Assembly: GCA_963664395.2 (NCBI GenBank)
Contig: OY761159.2
Location: forward strand, 3,424,001-3,488,000
Length of the DNA: 64,000 bases
DNA from: Candidatus Binatia bacterium
GTDB taxonomy: Bacteria > Desulfobacterota > Binatia > Bin18
Direction of reading: 5' to 3'
Positions 34,323 through 46,188 of the stretch are shown here, one piece after another; position 1 is the first letter of the stretch, and each line of letters begins with the position of its first letter. A model generated the notes under the pieces. It was not told the origin of the DNA. It searched no databases and was given only the letters and a program-made list of their open reading frames with translations. Both the position numbers and the translations under genes were made by a program.

Positions 34323-35273
34323 CTAATGCAACACCCGCACTGGCGCACCCTGCAAAAAGGCCTGAATATCCTCCACTGTCTCGTCAAAGAAGACTTGATA
34401 CGTCTCCTGCGTCACATAGCCGATATGGGGCGTGATAACGGTGTTTGCCGTGCGTCGTAGCGGATGGTCCAGCGGCAATGGCTCCTCGTCAAACACATCC
34501 AAGCCTGCCCCTGCAATCGTTCCATCATGGAGGGCCGCGATAAGCGCTGCCTCGTCGACAATCGGTCCCCGTGAGGTGTTAATCAAATAAGCTGTGGGTT
34601 TCATCCGGTTGAGTTCCTGGTGTCCGATGAGACCACGCGAACGGGCGCTCAGGACCAGGTGAATCGAAAGAATGTCGGCGCGGGCCAGGAGTTCGTCTTT
34701 ACTTACTAAGGTCGCGCCGCACTCAGCCGCGCGTTCCGCGGTCAGATTTTGACTCCAGGCAATGACGTCCATCTGAAAGGCGTTGCCGACTCTTGCCACC
34801 TCTGACCCCAACCGTCCCAACCCCATCAGCCCGAGCGTTTTGCCATTCAGGCCCTGCCCTATACTGACCTGCCAGCTCCCCGCTTGGGTGGCGTGATCTT
34901 CGTCCGGAATATGCCGCAGGAGCGATAAAATCAGACCCCAGGTGAGTTCGGCGGTCGGATACAGGAGACCTCCGGTTCCGCACACCAGGACGTTACAGTC
35001 TGCGGCGGCCTGCATATCGATGGCGGCGTTGCGCATGCCCGTTGTGGTCAGCAATTGCAACCGTGACAACTGCTCCAGCAGCGTACGCGGGAAGGGCGTC
35101 CGTTCCCGCATCGCCATGACGATGTCGAAGTCCTTGAGCCGCTTGGCCACGGCGGTCTGGTCGGTGAGGTGATCGCGGAACACCGCGACCTCAACGTCCG
35201 CCGGCAGCACGCTCCAGTCGGTCATCTTTCGAGCAACGTCCTGATAATCATCCAGAACCGCAACGCGTAGCAT
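34323..35273 (-). CDS. D-2-hydroxyacid dehydrogenase family protein
   Basis: VAVLDDYQ, MRERT, GLGRLG, INTSRGPIVDE, TPHIGY. Confidence 0.92.
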   Translation of the reverse strand: MLRVAVLDDYQDVARKMTDWSVLPADVEVAVFRDHLTDQTAVAKRLKDFDIVMAMRERTPFPRTLLEQLSRLQLLTTTGMRNAAIDMQAAADCNVLVCGTGGLLYPTAELTWGLILSLLRHIPDEDHATQAGSWQVSIGQGLNGKTLGLMGLGRLGSEVARVGNAFQMDVIAWSQNLTAERAAECGATLVSKDELLARADILSIHLVLSARSRGLIGHQELNRMKPTAYLINTSRGPIVDEAALIAALHDGTIAGAGLDVFDEEPLPLDHPLRRTANTVITPHIGYVTQETYQVFFDETVEDIQAFLQGAPVRVLH

Positions 35274-35294
35274 ACATCTGTCTCCGGGTTGTTC

Positions 35295-36281
35295 TCATTT
35301 CTGAAGTCGAACGAATTTTTGCAGCACATGCCCGTCAAGGGGGATCAAGCCCTGTCTCCCGCCGGCGCTATAGTTCACTTCGCTGACGTACAGGTCACCG
35401 CGTGAGTCGGCCCAGATGCCGTGCGGCGCATAGAAATTGCCCGGCTCCAGGCCATGCCCGCCAAAGCGGTGTTGGACCTCCCCATCCAGCGTGAGCACGG
35501 TCACACACGCGGGGGGTTCGTGCGGCGGCACCGCGGCTCCCATATTATTCGGCATAGACGCGACTTTGAAACCCAGCTCGGCGACAAAGAGATTCTCGTC
35601 CGCGTCGATATACAGATCGTCCGGCCGATTCACATGCGTCCACTCGGTGACGTAGTCGCCCTCAGCGCTAAAAAGCTGAATGCGCGAGTTCTCCCGGTCG
35701 GCGACATACACCCGTCCGCGCCGGTCAACGGCAATCGCGTGGGGTATTTTGAATTGTCCGGGGCCACTGCCGGGCTCCCCCCAGGAGAACTGAAGTTCCC
35801 CCGCGGCCGAGAATTTATGCACCCGCGCGTTGCCATAGCCATCGGCGATATACATATCGCCTTGGGGTGAGAGGGCGACATTCGTGACCATATTGAACGG
35901 CCCGGCGGATTGTTGGACCGGCGTGGTCCAGGCCTCAAAGCCGGTCTCCGCGGGCTTGTCTTTCTCACCCAGCGTTTTGATGAGGGCGCCGTCCGGGGTG
36001 AAGAGACGGACCGTATGGTCGAAGTTGTCGGCACAATAGATGGTGTCATCAGGGCCAATAAAGATGCCGTGGGCGTTGGTAAAGATATCTTCCCCCCAGG
36101 CGTTCAGAAAATTGCCGTCCCGATCAAAAACGATCATGGGATGCGCGCCCCGGTTAAAGGCATACACCCGGTCCTGCGAGTCGGTCGCGACCCCGGCAAC
36201 CTCAACAAACGACCAGCCTTCGGGCAGTTGTTCCCAGCCTTCGATGACCTCGTATTCGACCTTATTCTGTCCCAGTGCCAT
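35295..36281 (-). CDS. NHL-repeat / peptidyl-alpha-hydroxyglycine lyase-like protein
   Basis: ADGYGNARVHKF, GPGQFKIPHAIAVD, VADRENSRIQLF. Confidence 0.88.
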   Translation of the reverse strand: MALGQNKVEYEVIEGWEQLPEGWSFVEVAGVATDSQDRVYAFNRGAHPMIVFDRDGNFLNAWGEDIFTNAHGIFIGPDDTIYCADNFDHTVRLFTPDGALIKTLGEKDKPAETGFEAWTTPVQQSAGPFNMVTNVALSPQGDMYIADGYGNARVHKFSAAGELQFSWGEPGSGPGQFKIPHAIAVDRRGRVYVADRENSRIQLFSAEGDYVTEWTHVNRPDDLYIDADENLFVAELGFKVASMPNNMGAAVPPHEPPACVTVLTLDGEVQHRFGGHGLEPGNFYAPHGIWADSRGDLYVSEVNYSAGGRQGLIPLDGHVLQKFVRLQK

Positions 36282-36291
36282 AGGTCCTCCT

Positions 36292-36738
36292 TTACGCCAC
36301 CCGCTGATCGAGTTGCAGCACGATACCGTCGGGGTCTTTGAAGAGTGTGGTCAGAACCTGTCCGCCCGACTCTTCGCCATAGGCCACGCTATCAAAGGTT
36401 GTGGGCGGCATAACGATAGGCACCCCGGCGGCCCGAACTTTTTTAAATGTGGCTTCGAGGTCGTCCACCCAAAAAGCAAAATGGTGAATGCCGACCTGAT
36501 TGAGGCTGAGCGCCCCACCGGAAACCGGTTGGTTCTCCGACAGGACGATAAAAGTGGCATCCGGTCCCTCGTCCCAACGCAGGTATACCCCGTGGCGCGG
36601 CTTGGGCAAGGCCCCGCCCGGATTCTCGAGCGGATCGTCCAGGCTGACCCGCAGCCCCAAGATGTCACGATAAAATGTGAGCGATTGCTCCATATTGCTG
36701 ACCCCAATGGCAATATGTGAGGTGTTGCGAATTTTCAT
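36292..36738 (-). CDS. VOC family protein
   Basis: SHIAIGVSNMEQSLTFYRDILG, HHFAFWVDD, KDPDGIVLQL. Confidence 0.88.
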   Translation of the reverse strand: MKIRNTSHIAIGVSNMEQSLTFYRDILGLRVSLDDPLENPGGALPKPRHGVYLRWDEGPDATFIVLSENQPVSGGALSLNQVGIHHFAFWVDDLEATFKKVRAAGVPIVMPPTTFDSVAYGEESGGQVLTTLFKDPDGIVLQLDQRVA

Positions 36739-36769
36739 CTTCCGCCTCCTTTTGCTCTCCGCTCGGCCC

Positions 36770-37549
36770 TTATGTACCTGACCAGCGTGGAGCGCGTTTT
36801 TCACGAAAGGCGCGCAAGCCTTCCTGCTGGTCTGCCGATAAAAAGCACTCGGTCGCCGCTTCATTCTCGCCCATGATCGCCGTCTCAATGTCAACGTCGC
36901 GGTTACGGGCAAAGCACTGTTTGACCTGGGAGACGGCAATCGGTCCACGGCTGACGAGGGTATCGACCAGGGTGTTGACACGCTCGTCGAGGGCGTCCGG
37001 TTTCACGCAGGCGGTGAGCAGGCCAATCCGCTCGGCCTCGGTAGCCTCGATAATATCCCCCGTCATACCGAGTTCTTTGGCCTTGGTCTCACCAATCAGG
37101 CGGGGCAGAATATACGTAGCGCCGTTGGTCATGGGTTGGTTGATATTGACCTCGGCCGACCCGATGCGAGCGGTGCTTGCGGCAATGCGGAAATCGCACA
37201 CCAGCGTCAGCTCGAAGCCCGCGCCAACAACCACGCCGTTAATGGCTGCGATGGTGGGCTTGGGCAGGGTGCGGATCAACGACCAAGTCGCCGCCAGCTC
37301 GTGCAGAAACGTCCGGAAGTCATCCAGACTTGTGTGCTCCATGACGCTGATGTCAGCGCCGGCGCAGAATCCCCGACCCGCCCCGGTGAAGACGACGGCC
37401 CGCACCTGTGTATCCTCTTGCGCGTCGCGACAGGCGTGCTTGAGACTGCGAACCAGCGTGGGCGAGAGGGCATTCAGCACGGTCGGGCGATTGAGGGTGA
37501 TCCAGGCCGCCTGGCCACGTTTTTCATACAGTATATCTTGCAGCTCCAT
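36770..37549 (-). CDS. enoyl-CoA hydratase/isomerase family protein
   Basis: ITLNRP..LNAL, FCAGAD, KPTIAAING, GAGFEL, EGLRAFREKRAP. Confidence 0.92.
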   Translation of the reverse strand: MELQDILYEKRGQAAWITLNRPTVLNALSPTLVRSLKHACRDAQEDTQVRAVVFTGAGRGFCAGADISVMEHTSLDDFRTFLHELAATWSLIRTLPKPTIAAINGVVVGAGFELTLVCDFRIAASTARIGSAEVNINQPMTNGATYILPRLIGETKAKELGMTGDIIEATEAERIGLLTACVKPDALDERVNTLVDTLVSRGPIAVSQVKQCFARNRDVDIETAIMGENEAATECFLSADQQEGLRAFREKRAPRWSGT

Positions 37550-37615
37550 GGTGTTCCCTCCTGTCTGCAAGAGAACATGACATGGGGGGCTACAAATTAC
37601 CAGGCTCAGATCCCG

Positions 37616-39088
37616 TCAGGCGGAATGGACTTCCGCCTGACGGATGAGCTGGACCTTGCGTTCGTACAGGCTTTCCTCAAGCCCGACCGGATACTGTCCG
37701 GGCCGGTTCAAGCGGGTGATCTCGCCGGGAAGTTTGGCGAGCTGCTCCTGGGTACGCTGTCGGATGTGGGTCAGGGACGGACTGTCGTAGACGACTCTGC
37801 CCTGACGGAATACCGGAGCCAATAAGTCGGAAAAAGCCGTGTCCGCCGGAATCCTGCGGCGTGTGGTCGTATCCGTCATATCGACCATGGTGCAGCCATC
37901 TGTGAGGTCGGCCTCTTTGCCGTACATCACGTCGCACAGAAATCCTTTTTGCGTATGGTAACGGCGGACCTGGGGAATATCCGGATTGGTCACTTTCACC
38001 GTCTCTTCCGAAAGCTTGATCCGATCCTGCCAAGCGCCATCGGGAGCGCGGATCGCGGTCAGCTTATACACCCCGCCCAGGGCGGGCTGATCGTACGCGG
38101 TCACGAGTTTCGTCCCCACCCCCCATACGTCAATCGTGCTGCCCTGCGCCTTGAGCTGGGTGATCAGGTGTTCGTCCAGATCGCTGCTGCCGACAATGCG
38201 CGCGTTGGGAAAGCCGGTGTCGTCCAGTATTTTTCGGGCTTCGATGCTCAGTTGGGCCAGGTCCCCCGAATCGAGCCGGATGCCGATCATTTCATGGCCG
38301 TGTGCCCGCAGCCATTGCCCCACCTGGGCGGCTTTCCGTACACCTTCCACGGTGTTGTAGGTGTCCACGAGGAAGATGCAGTTATTGGGCATGGCCTCGG
38401 CATAGGTCTGAAACGCTTCCAGATCGTCATCAAAGACCATCACCCAGCTATGCGCGTGCGTTCCTCTGACCGGAATCCCGAACAGCTTGCCGGCCAGCAC
38501 ATTCGAGGTGGCGTCGCAGCCGCCAATATACGCGGCCCGGCTGGCGGCCAGACCGCCGTCGATTCCCTGCGCGCGGCGCAGGCCGAACTCCAGGACGGGT
38601 TCTCCGCCTGTCGCCAGGCAGATCCGAGCGGCTTTGGTCGCGACCAGCGTTTGGAAGTTGATCAGATTGAGCAGCGCCGTCTCGATGAGCTGACACTGAA
38701 TAAGCGGCCCTTGGACGCGGACCAACGGCTCGGGCGGGAAGACAAGCGTGCCTTCCGGGATCGCATCGACCTGGCAGCTGAAGGCCATGGACTGCAAAGA
38801 GTCAAGAAATGCCGGGTCGAACAGGGGTTTGCCATCCGTGCCACGCACCTCGGTCAGAAAGGCGGTGTCGTCCGCCTCGAACCGAAAATGGCTCAGAAAA
38901 TCCACCACATACTCAAGGCCGCAGGCGATGCTGAAGCTGCCCCCAAAAGGATTGTGACGGAAGAACAGGTTGAAGACGGCTTCCCTGTCTGCGAGTCCGG
39001 ACTTCCAATAGCCATACGCCATGGTGAGCTGGTAGAGATCGGTCAGCAGAGCCAGGGAGGGCCGGTACAGCCCGGACGGAATTTTCAT
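37616..39088 (-). CDS. pncB: nicotinate phosphoribosyltransferase
   Basis: [51 protein letters not shown]. Confidence 0.95.
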   Translation of the reverse strand: MKIPSGLYRPSLALLTDLYQLTMAYGYWKSGLADREAVFNLFFRHNPFGGSFSIACGLEYVVDFLSHFRFEADDTAFLTEVRGTDGKPLFDPAFLDSLQSMAFSCQVDAIPEGTLVFPPEPLVRVQGPLIQCQLIETALLNLINFQTLVATKAARICLATGGEPVLEFGLRRAQGIDGGLAASRAAYIGGCDATSNVLAGKLFGIPVRGTHAHSWVMVFDDDLEAFQTYAEAMPNNCIFLVDTYNTVEGVRKAAQVGQWLRAHGHEMIGIRLDSGDLAQLSIEARKILDDTGFPNARIVGSSDLDEHLITQLKAQGSTIDVWGVGTKLVTAYDQPALGGVYKLTAIRAPDGAWQDRIKLSEETVKVTNPDIPQVRRYHTQKGFLCDVMYGKEADLTDGCTMVDMTDTTTRRRIPADTAFSDLLAPVFRQGRVVYDSPSLTHIRQRTQEQLAKLPGEITRLNRPGQYPVGLEESLYERKVQLIRQAEVHSA

Positions 39089-39117
39089 GATCGTGCAGCC
39101 ATCATCTAGCCGTCATT

Positions 39118-39203
39118 CTGGAAACGCGGCCTGTTTTTGCGGGCTGGAAGCCCGCACTCCCAGACAGGAACCCCACACGGCGGACACACAGGTCGGTCCC
39201 TAC
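39118..39203. repeat. cluster of REP-like palindromes
   Basis: TGCGGGCTGGAAGCCCGCACTCCCAG (family of 18172 and 42074), followed by GGCGGACACACAGGTCGGTCCCTAC, a GTAG-type REP that overlaps the upstream gene's stop. Confidence 0.7.
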
Positions 39204-40789
39204 ATCTCAAGATTGGCCTCAATGAGCAGCGGCCCCGGATTTTTGAGGGCCGAGTGGAGTGCATCGTTGAGTTCTTCCGTGGTGTGCACCGCGCGCCCTT
39301 CCACGCCAAAGCCTTCGGATAATTTTACAAAGTCGAACTCAGGAGAATCGAGCGCCGTCAGCGACAGGCTGGCAGCCCCCGGTGTCATCTTGGCCCGTTC
39401 AAACTCCCAGCGCAGGATGGAATAGGCTTTGTTCTTACAAATAATACTGGTCACATTCTGTTTCTCGCGCGCCATGGTCCACAAGGACTGGATGGTATAC
39501 AGCGAAGAGCCGTCGCCTTCGAGGCAGATCGTCGGACGGTCCGGTTCGGCGGCCGCGGCGCCTACCGCACACGGCAGACCTTGGCCGATAGAACCACCAG
39601 TGAGCGCCATATACGTAAACGGCGGGGCGCCGCCGGCCAGGCCATGATAGGCAAACCCCGCGGTTGCGCCTTCATCCATGACGATGGCCCCCTCGGGCTG
39701 GGCCGCAGCCAGGGCTTTGCACATATTCGCGGGAGTTAAGGGGCCGCGTGGTACTTCCGGGCGGGGCAGGGCCGGAGCCTGCCGAACCGCGGGCGCATCG
39801 AGCGCATCCGCCACAGCCGTGAGTGCGGTCGCGGGGTCGATGTTGGCACTGCATAGCTGCATGATCTGCGCGTCCTCCGCGCACAAACTGCTGCGTGTAT
39901 TTGGATAGCCGAAAAACGCGACCGGTTCGTGCGCGCCGGCCAGAACGACTTTTTTATACGGCTCCAGGAGCTGACTGGCCGGCTCGGGTGCGTAGGGGAT
40001 TTTATCTGGAGAGATCAAGCCGATGCCCCGGTCCTGAATGGGAGGGAACGTCGGTGTGAGGACGCGACAGCCAGTGGCTCGCTCAATACGGTCTGCGGCT
40101 TGGAGACCCGAGGCGCGCAGGGCGCTTCCGCTCAGCACGAGCGCGGCCCGGCCCGAACGCAGCGCCTTTGTCGCGCGTTCAATCTCGTACACATTCGGCG
40201 GCGCGGGCGGGGGAATCGTTGGCCGCGCTGGTTTGGGCCGTCCTGGCTTGGCACTGACGGTTGCCCATTGTACATCGCCCGGCAGGATCAACGTGGTGGG
40301 GCCGGTTGGCAGTTGGGCCGCGCGGGTAATGACGTCAGCCATATCCCGCCCGACCATGTCCGGGCTTTTTGCGGTCAGGACAAACTGCGACATGGGCTGG
40401 GCCAGGGTTTCAATGTCGGCGGTCAGCGGCGCGTTTGCGGCAACATGCCACGTAGCATGTTCGCCCACGATGGAGACTACGGGCGAGTGGGCTTTACGGG
40501 CGTTATGCAAATTGGCCTGTCCGTTGGCCAGCCCTGGGCCCAAATGCAGTAAGGCCAAAGCCGGTCGTCCGGTGACCCGTGCATAGCCGTCAGCCGCCCC
40601 GGTACACACGCCTTCAAACACGGCCAAAATCGGCTTGATGGCCGGGCAGCGATCAAGGGCCTGGACGAGATACAGCTCGGTCGTGCCTGGGTTGGCGAAA
40701 CACACATCAATGCCGGCGGCCGCCGCGGTCTGAATGGCGACGTCTGCGCCGGTGAGGGGTTGTGAGCTTGATTGTGTCTCCATTGTCAT
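39200..40789 (-). CDS. ThDP-dependent acetolactate synthase-like enzyme
   Basis: CFANPGTTE, GAADGYAR, LHLGPGLANG, GGSIGQG, GDGSSLYTIQSLWT. Start set at MTMETQ. Confidence 0.9.
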   Translation of the reverse strand: MTMETQSSSQPLTGADVAIQTAAAAGIDVCFANPGTTELYLVQALDRCPAIKPILAVFEGVCTGAADGYARVTGRPALALLHLGPGLANGQANLHNARKAHSPVVSIVGEHATWHVAANAPLTADIETLAQPMSQFVLTAKSPDMVGRDMADVITRAAQLPTGPTTLILPGDVQWATVSAKPGRPKPARPTIPPPAPPNVYEIERATKALRSGRAALVLSGSALRASGLQAADRIERATGCRVLTPTFPPIQDRGIGLISPDKIPYAPEPASQLLEPYKKVVLAGAHEPVAFFGYPNTRSSLCAEDAQIMQLCSANIDPATALTAVADALDAPAVRQAPALPRPEVPRGPLTPANMCKALAAAQPEGAIVMDEGATAGFAYHGLAGGAPPFTYMALTGGSIGQGLPCAVGAAAAEPDRPTICLEGDGSSLYTIQSLWTMAREKQNVTSIICKNKAYSILRWEFERAKMTPGAASLSLTALDSPEFDFVKLSEGFGVEGRAVHTTEELNDALHSALKNPGPLLIEANLEM

Positions 40790-40958
40790 GCCTGCTGCTC
40801 GCTTTCTTTGATCGTCCGAGGTTGTCTGAAATCCTGAAATTGTCCGTGTCATACCACAAAATGCCGGGAGTGTAAGCAAAGGGAGGGAAGAAGAGGGGTG
40901 AGGGGTGAGGGTGGCCACCGAGAGTTGCCTTCTTTGTGCCAGGGCATAGAATGCTGCT

Positions 40959-41228
40959 ATGCCTGAGCTGAGCAGGTTCTTCGGGATCATTATCGGTATG
41001 TATGCTGAATTCGGGGCTCCACATCACGATCCCCATTTCCATGCTTACTATCAAGACGACGTCGCAATCTATGGAATAGAAACGCTTGAGCCGATTGCAG
41101 GCTCCCTCCCGAGACGCCAGCAACGATGAGTGGAAGCGTGGGCCGAATTACACCAAGAAGAGCTGCTGGCTGACTGGCAACGCTTGCAGGAAGGTCGAAA
41201 GCCAAACCCTATTGATCCACTCAAATAA
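40959..41228 (+). pseudogene. DUF4160 (DhiT-like) toxin with premature TGA at 41127-41129
   Basis: MPELSRFFGIIIGMY..HHDPHFHAYY...GSLPRRQQR*VEAWAELHQEELLADW...PIDPLK. Confidence 0.8.
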
Positions 41229-41240
41229 AAAGAGGGACAT

Positions 41241-41573
41241 ATGCGGCATTCCATATACAGGGTCAAATCATTTAAGAGATTGGCTCCTTATACGCTCCGT
41301 ATTTGCTTTGACGATGACACTGAACAAACGATTGACTTTCAACCTGTCCTCGCCGGCGAACTGTATGGACCACTACAGGACCCTGTCGCCTTCGAGCAGG
41401 TGAGAATAGACTCGGAAGTGCACACGCTTGTCTGGCCGAACGGCGCAGATTTCGACCCTGCGCTCTTACACGACTGGCCTTTACACCAGGCTGAATTTGT
41501 CGCCCGTGCCCGGCAGTGGGGAGCGACTGGAGAGAAAGAGCGTATTTCAACGAACAATTCTACCCCGATGTAA
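41241..41573 (+). CDS. DUF2442 antitoxin-like protein
   Basis: YTLRICFDD, GELYGPL.D...F.QV, TLVWPNGADFDPALL; follows DUF4160. Confidence 0.85.
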   Translation: MRHSIYRVKSFKRLAPYTLRICFDDDTEQTIDFQPVLAGELYGPLQDPVAFEQVRIDSEVHTLVWPNGADFDPALLHDWPLHQAEFVARARQWGATGEKERISTNNSTPM

Positions 41574-41579
41574 TACTGT

Positions 41580-42062
41580 ATGGCGACTCCTCCACAATCA
41601 GACCACACTGAGCTGAAACTCGCGCGGCTGCGCGATGCGCAGCGTATCGCGCTCATGTCGCGTGATCTGGTTGAGCACGGTTTGCCGTGGGCGTGGACCG
41701 CCCGTCGGGTCGCCGCGCATATTCGTGGGCGCGACAGCAATGTCCTCACCGCCTGGCACGCGGGCAGGCTGGTTGGCTTCGCCATTATGCAGTTTTACGC
41801 CGAGCGGGCCCATCTGAACCTGCTTGCAGTCGAGCCTGCTGCCCGCCGGTTGGGGATAGGGCGGCGTCTGGTTGAGTGGCAAGAGCAGGTGGCCCGCGCC
41901 GGTGGTATCCCGGTCGTCAACCTGGAGGTGCGCGCCAATAACGTTGGAGCCCAAGCATTCTACTGCCGGCTGGGCTACCGCCAAATCAAACATCTGCCCG
42001 GCTATTACAGTGGCCGAGAGGCAGCCAGCCGCATGAGCCACGATTTACGCGGCCGTGTGTAG
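41580..42062 (+). CDS. GNAT family N-acetyltransferase (RimI-like)
   Basis: LAVEPAARRLGIGRRL, LEVRANN..A.AFY..LGY, YY..E.A. Confidence 0.85.
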   Translation: MATPPQSDHTELKLARLRDAQRIALMSRDLVEHGLPWAWTARRVAAHIRGRDSNVLTAWHAGRLVGFAIMQFYAERAHLNLLAVEPAARRLGIGRRLVEWQEQVARAGGIPVVNLEVRANNVGAQAFYCRLGYRQIKHLPGYYSGREAASRMSHDLRGRV

Positions 42063-42073
42063 GGGCTGCCTCA

Positions 42074-42139
42074 CTGGGAGTGCGGGCTTCCAGCCCGCAA
42101 ACAAAATGCGGCCAGGATGAGAAGGCTGGCCGCCCTCCA
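42074..42139. repeat. REP-like palindromic repeat
   Basis: CTGGGAGTGCGGGCTTCCAGCCCGCA...GCGGCCAG...CTGGCCGCCCTCCA between convergent genes. Confidence 0.7.
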
Positions 42140-42208
42140 AAGAGAAAAGGCGGCCACCTTCGCAGGCCGAGGGCGACGTCCAAATCAGGCCGGGAGAAGT
42201 GTCCCTGT

Positions 42209-42907
42209 TCACTGCTCTTCATACCACTGGATTGCACCGCGTAGCCCGCGTTCTTTTCTGACGCGCAGAATCTCGTCATTGCCCGAGCCGAAGTGAAAAA
42301 TGGCGTCGTATTCGGCGCCTGACAGAACGGCGGTCCGAAAACCTTGCAGATCCATTAAGGTTTCAGCCGGAAAGGTCCGAGTGGCAAAGCCCATAGCCTC
42401 GGCCTCTTTGCCGCTGATCTGACTGCCCGGCAAAAACGCCATATACTTGGTTCGGTGCGGTCCGACCAGCCAGTTCCACATCGAACTCACAAAGCCCGCT
42501 CCGGCGGGCAGTGACGGAAAGCCGAGCCGGGCATTGTCGGCCATGAAAATGACATCCGAGCAGGCGCAGATCTGACTCGCCCCGGCCAGGCAGTAGCCGT
42601 GGACCATGGCAATCACCGGCTTGGGCAGCTCGCGCAGGCTGAGCCAGCGTTCAATCATTTTTTGCAGCTCGGTTCGGTCGGTATCGACGGTTTTTCCTCC
42701 CCCTCCAGCGGCTAGGTCATAGCCGGCCGAAAAAGCCCGTCCGGCGCCCCGAATGATGAGGACTTTGATCTCCTCATCCGCGCCAACCGAGGCGATTGCC
42801 TCAGAAAATTCGCCCAACAGCGTCGGGTTCATCGCGTTCAGCTTCTCGGGGCGATTGAGCGTCAGCGTTCCGACCCGATCCTGTTTGTCCAAGAGTACCA
42901 AGTCCAT
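42209..42907 (-). CDS. enoyl-CoA hydratase family protein, apparently with internal in-frame deletion
   Basis: LTLNRPEKLNAM, FSAGYDL, KPVIAMVHGYCLAG. The helix expected after FPAETL appears missing. Confidence 0.8.
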   Translation of the reverse strand: MDLVLLDKQDRVGTLTLNRPEKLNAMNPTLLGEFSEAIASVGADEEIKVLIIRGAGRAFSAGYDLAAGGGGKTVDTDRTELQKMIERWLSLRELPKPVIAMVHGYCLAGASQICACSDVIFMADNARLGFPSLPAGAGFVSSMWNWLVGPHRTKYMAFLPGSQISGKEAEAMGFATRTFPAETLMDLQGFRTAVLSGAEYDAIFHFGSGNDEILRVRKERGLRGAIQWYEEQ

Positions 42908-42959
42908 AGTTGCCTCCTCATACACGGCCGACTCCAGCCCAGCATTCAGGGGCAGCAGA

Positions 42960-45023
<2,064 letters not shown>

Positions 45024-45062
45024 TCAAAAATCCGAATAGTAGGTCCTCATGAGGGCCGATAG

Positions 45063-46136
45063 TTACGGCTGATAGTTTCTGTCACAAGCCGGTTGCTGCA
45101 TGGTGACGCAATGCAGCGCCCCAAAGCCTACCACAAGATCAGTACACGGAATCCCTATCACTCTTCGATCTGGAAACAGTTCTTGGAGTATGGCTAGGGC
45201 GATGTCGTCATGGGGGTGGTCATAGGTTGGGACAAGAACGGTGCTATTGGCGATGTAGAAATTGGCATAACTGGCCGGCAGGCGTTCGGCTGCATACTCC
45301 ACCGGCCCGGGCATGGGGAGCGGCACCACGTGGAGCGGTTGTCCTCGTTGGTCGTGCATGGACCGCAGTCGATGCAGGTTGTCCTGGAGCGGTTTGTAGT
45401 TCGCGTCGGCTGGATCGTCTTCAACCGCACACACCACGGTCGTGGGAGTGACAAACCGGGCGATGTCGTCCACATGGCCGTCCGTATCATCCCCAACGAT
45501 CCCCTCTCCGAGCCAGCCAATGTGTTGAACGCCTAGAAACGCTTTCAGAATGTGCTCAATAGCGGAACGGGTGAGGGTCGGATTACGATTGGGGTTGAGT
45601 AAGCAGGATTCGGTCGTCAGCAACATGCCCCGACCGTTAACATCGATGGACCCGCCTTCAAGCACTATGTCCGGAGTAAACGGAACGAGGTCGAGACATT
45701 GGGCGATGCGTTCCGGAACGCTGTTGTCCCGGTCCCACGGCGGGTATTTGGCCCCCCAGGCGTTAAACGTCCAGTTTGTCAGGCCGAGTTCGATGATCTG
45801 CTCGTGCCGACGGGTCAGAAAGAGCGGACCGTGATCCCGGGTCCAAGCGTCGCTGGTCGGAATTTCGTACACACCAATACGAGCGAGGTCCACTCCGGCG
45901 GCGTCAAGGGTGTGGCGGACGTGCCCCGCGGTCGCGAAATCGTTCACACAAATATGCACCCGTTCGTCCCGGTGCAAGGCGGTGATCATCTGCAAATACA
46001 CAGCGGGAATGGCCGAGAGCCTACCAGGCCACGTTTCCCGATTATGCGGCCAAGCCAGCCAGGTGGCGGCATGCGGTTCCCATTCCGCCGGCATCCGAAA
46101 GCCGAGCTGTGCGGGTGTAGGCTGGTGGTATGTCAT
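45063..46136 (-). CDS. aguA: agmatine deiminase
   Basis: RMPAEWEPH, DAWTRDHGP, FNAWG, LEGGS, TDGHVD, ASYANFY, GALHCVT. Confidence 0.93.
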   Translation of the reverse strand: MTYHQPTPAQLGFRMPAEWEPHAATWLAWPHNRETWPGRLSAIPAVYLQMITALHRDERVHICVNDFATAGHVRHTLDAAGVDLARIGVYEIPTSDAWTRDHGPLFLTRRHEQIIELGLTNWTFNAWGAKYPPWDRDNSVPERIAQCLDLVPFTPDIVLEGGSIDVNGRGMLLTTESCLLNPNRNPTLTRSAIEHILKAFLGVQHIGWLGEGIVGDDTDGHVDDIARFVTPTTVVCAVEDDPADANYKPLQDNLHRLRSMHDQRGQPLHVVPLPMPGPVEYAAERLPASYANFYIANSTVLVPTYDHPHDDIALAILQELFPDRRVIGIPCTDLVVGFGALHCVTMQQPACDRNYQP

Positions 46137-46188
46137 ACGAGCGGAATAGGCAGAATATATTGGTACACGCAATAAAGACCGGCCGGCC

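Noticed and set aside
41127-41129. Selenocysteine or recoded TGA in the DUF4160 gene
   Set aside because: The position corresponds to a hydrophobic residue rather than Cys, no evident SECIS hairpin follows, and other genes use TGA as a normal stop.
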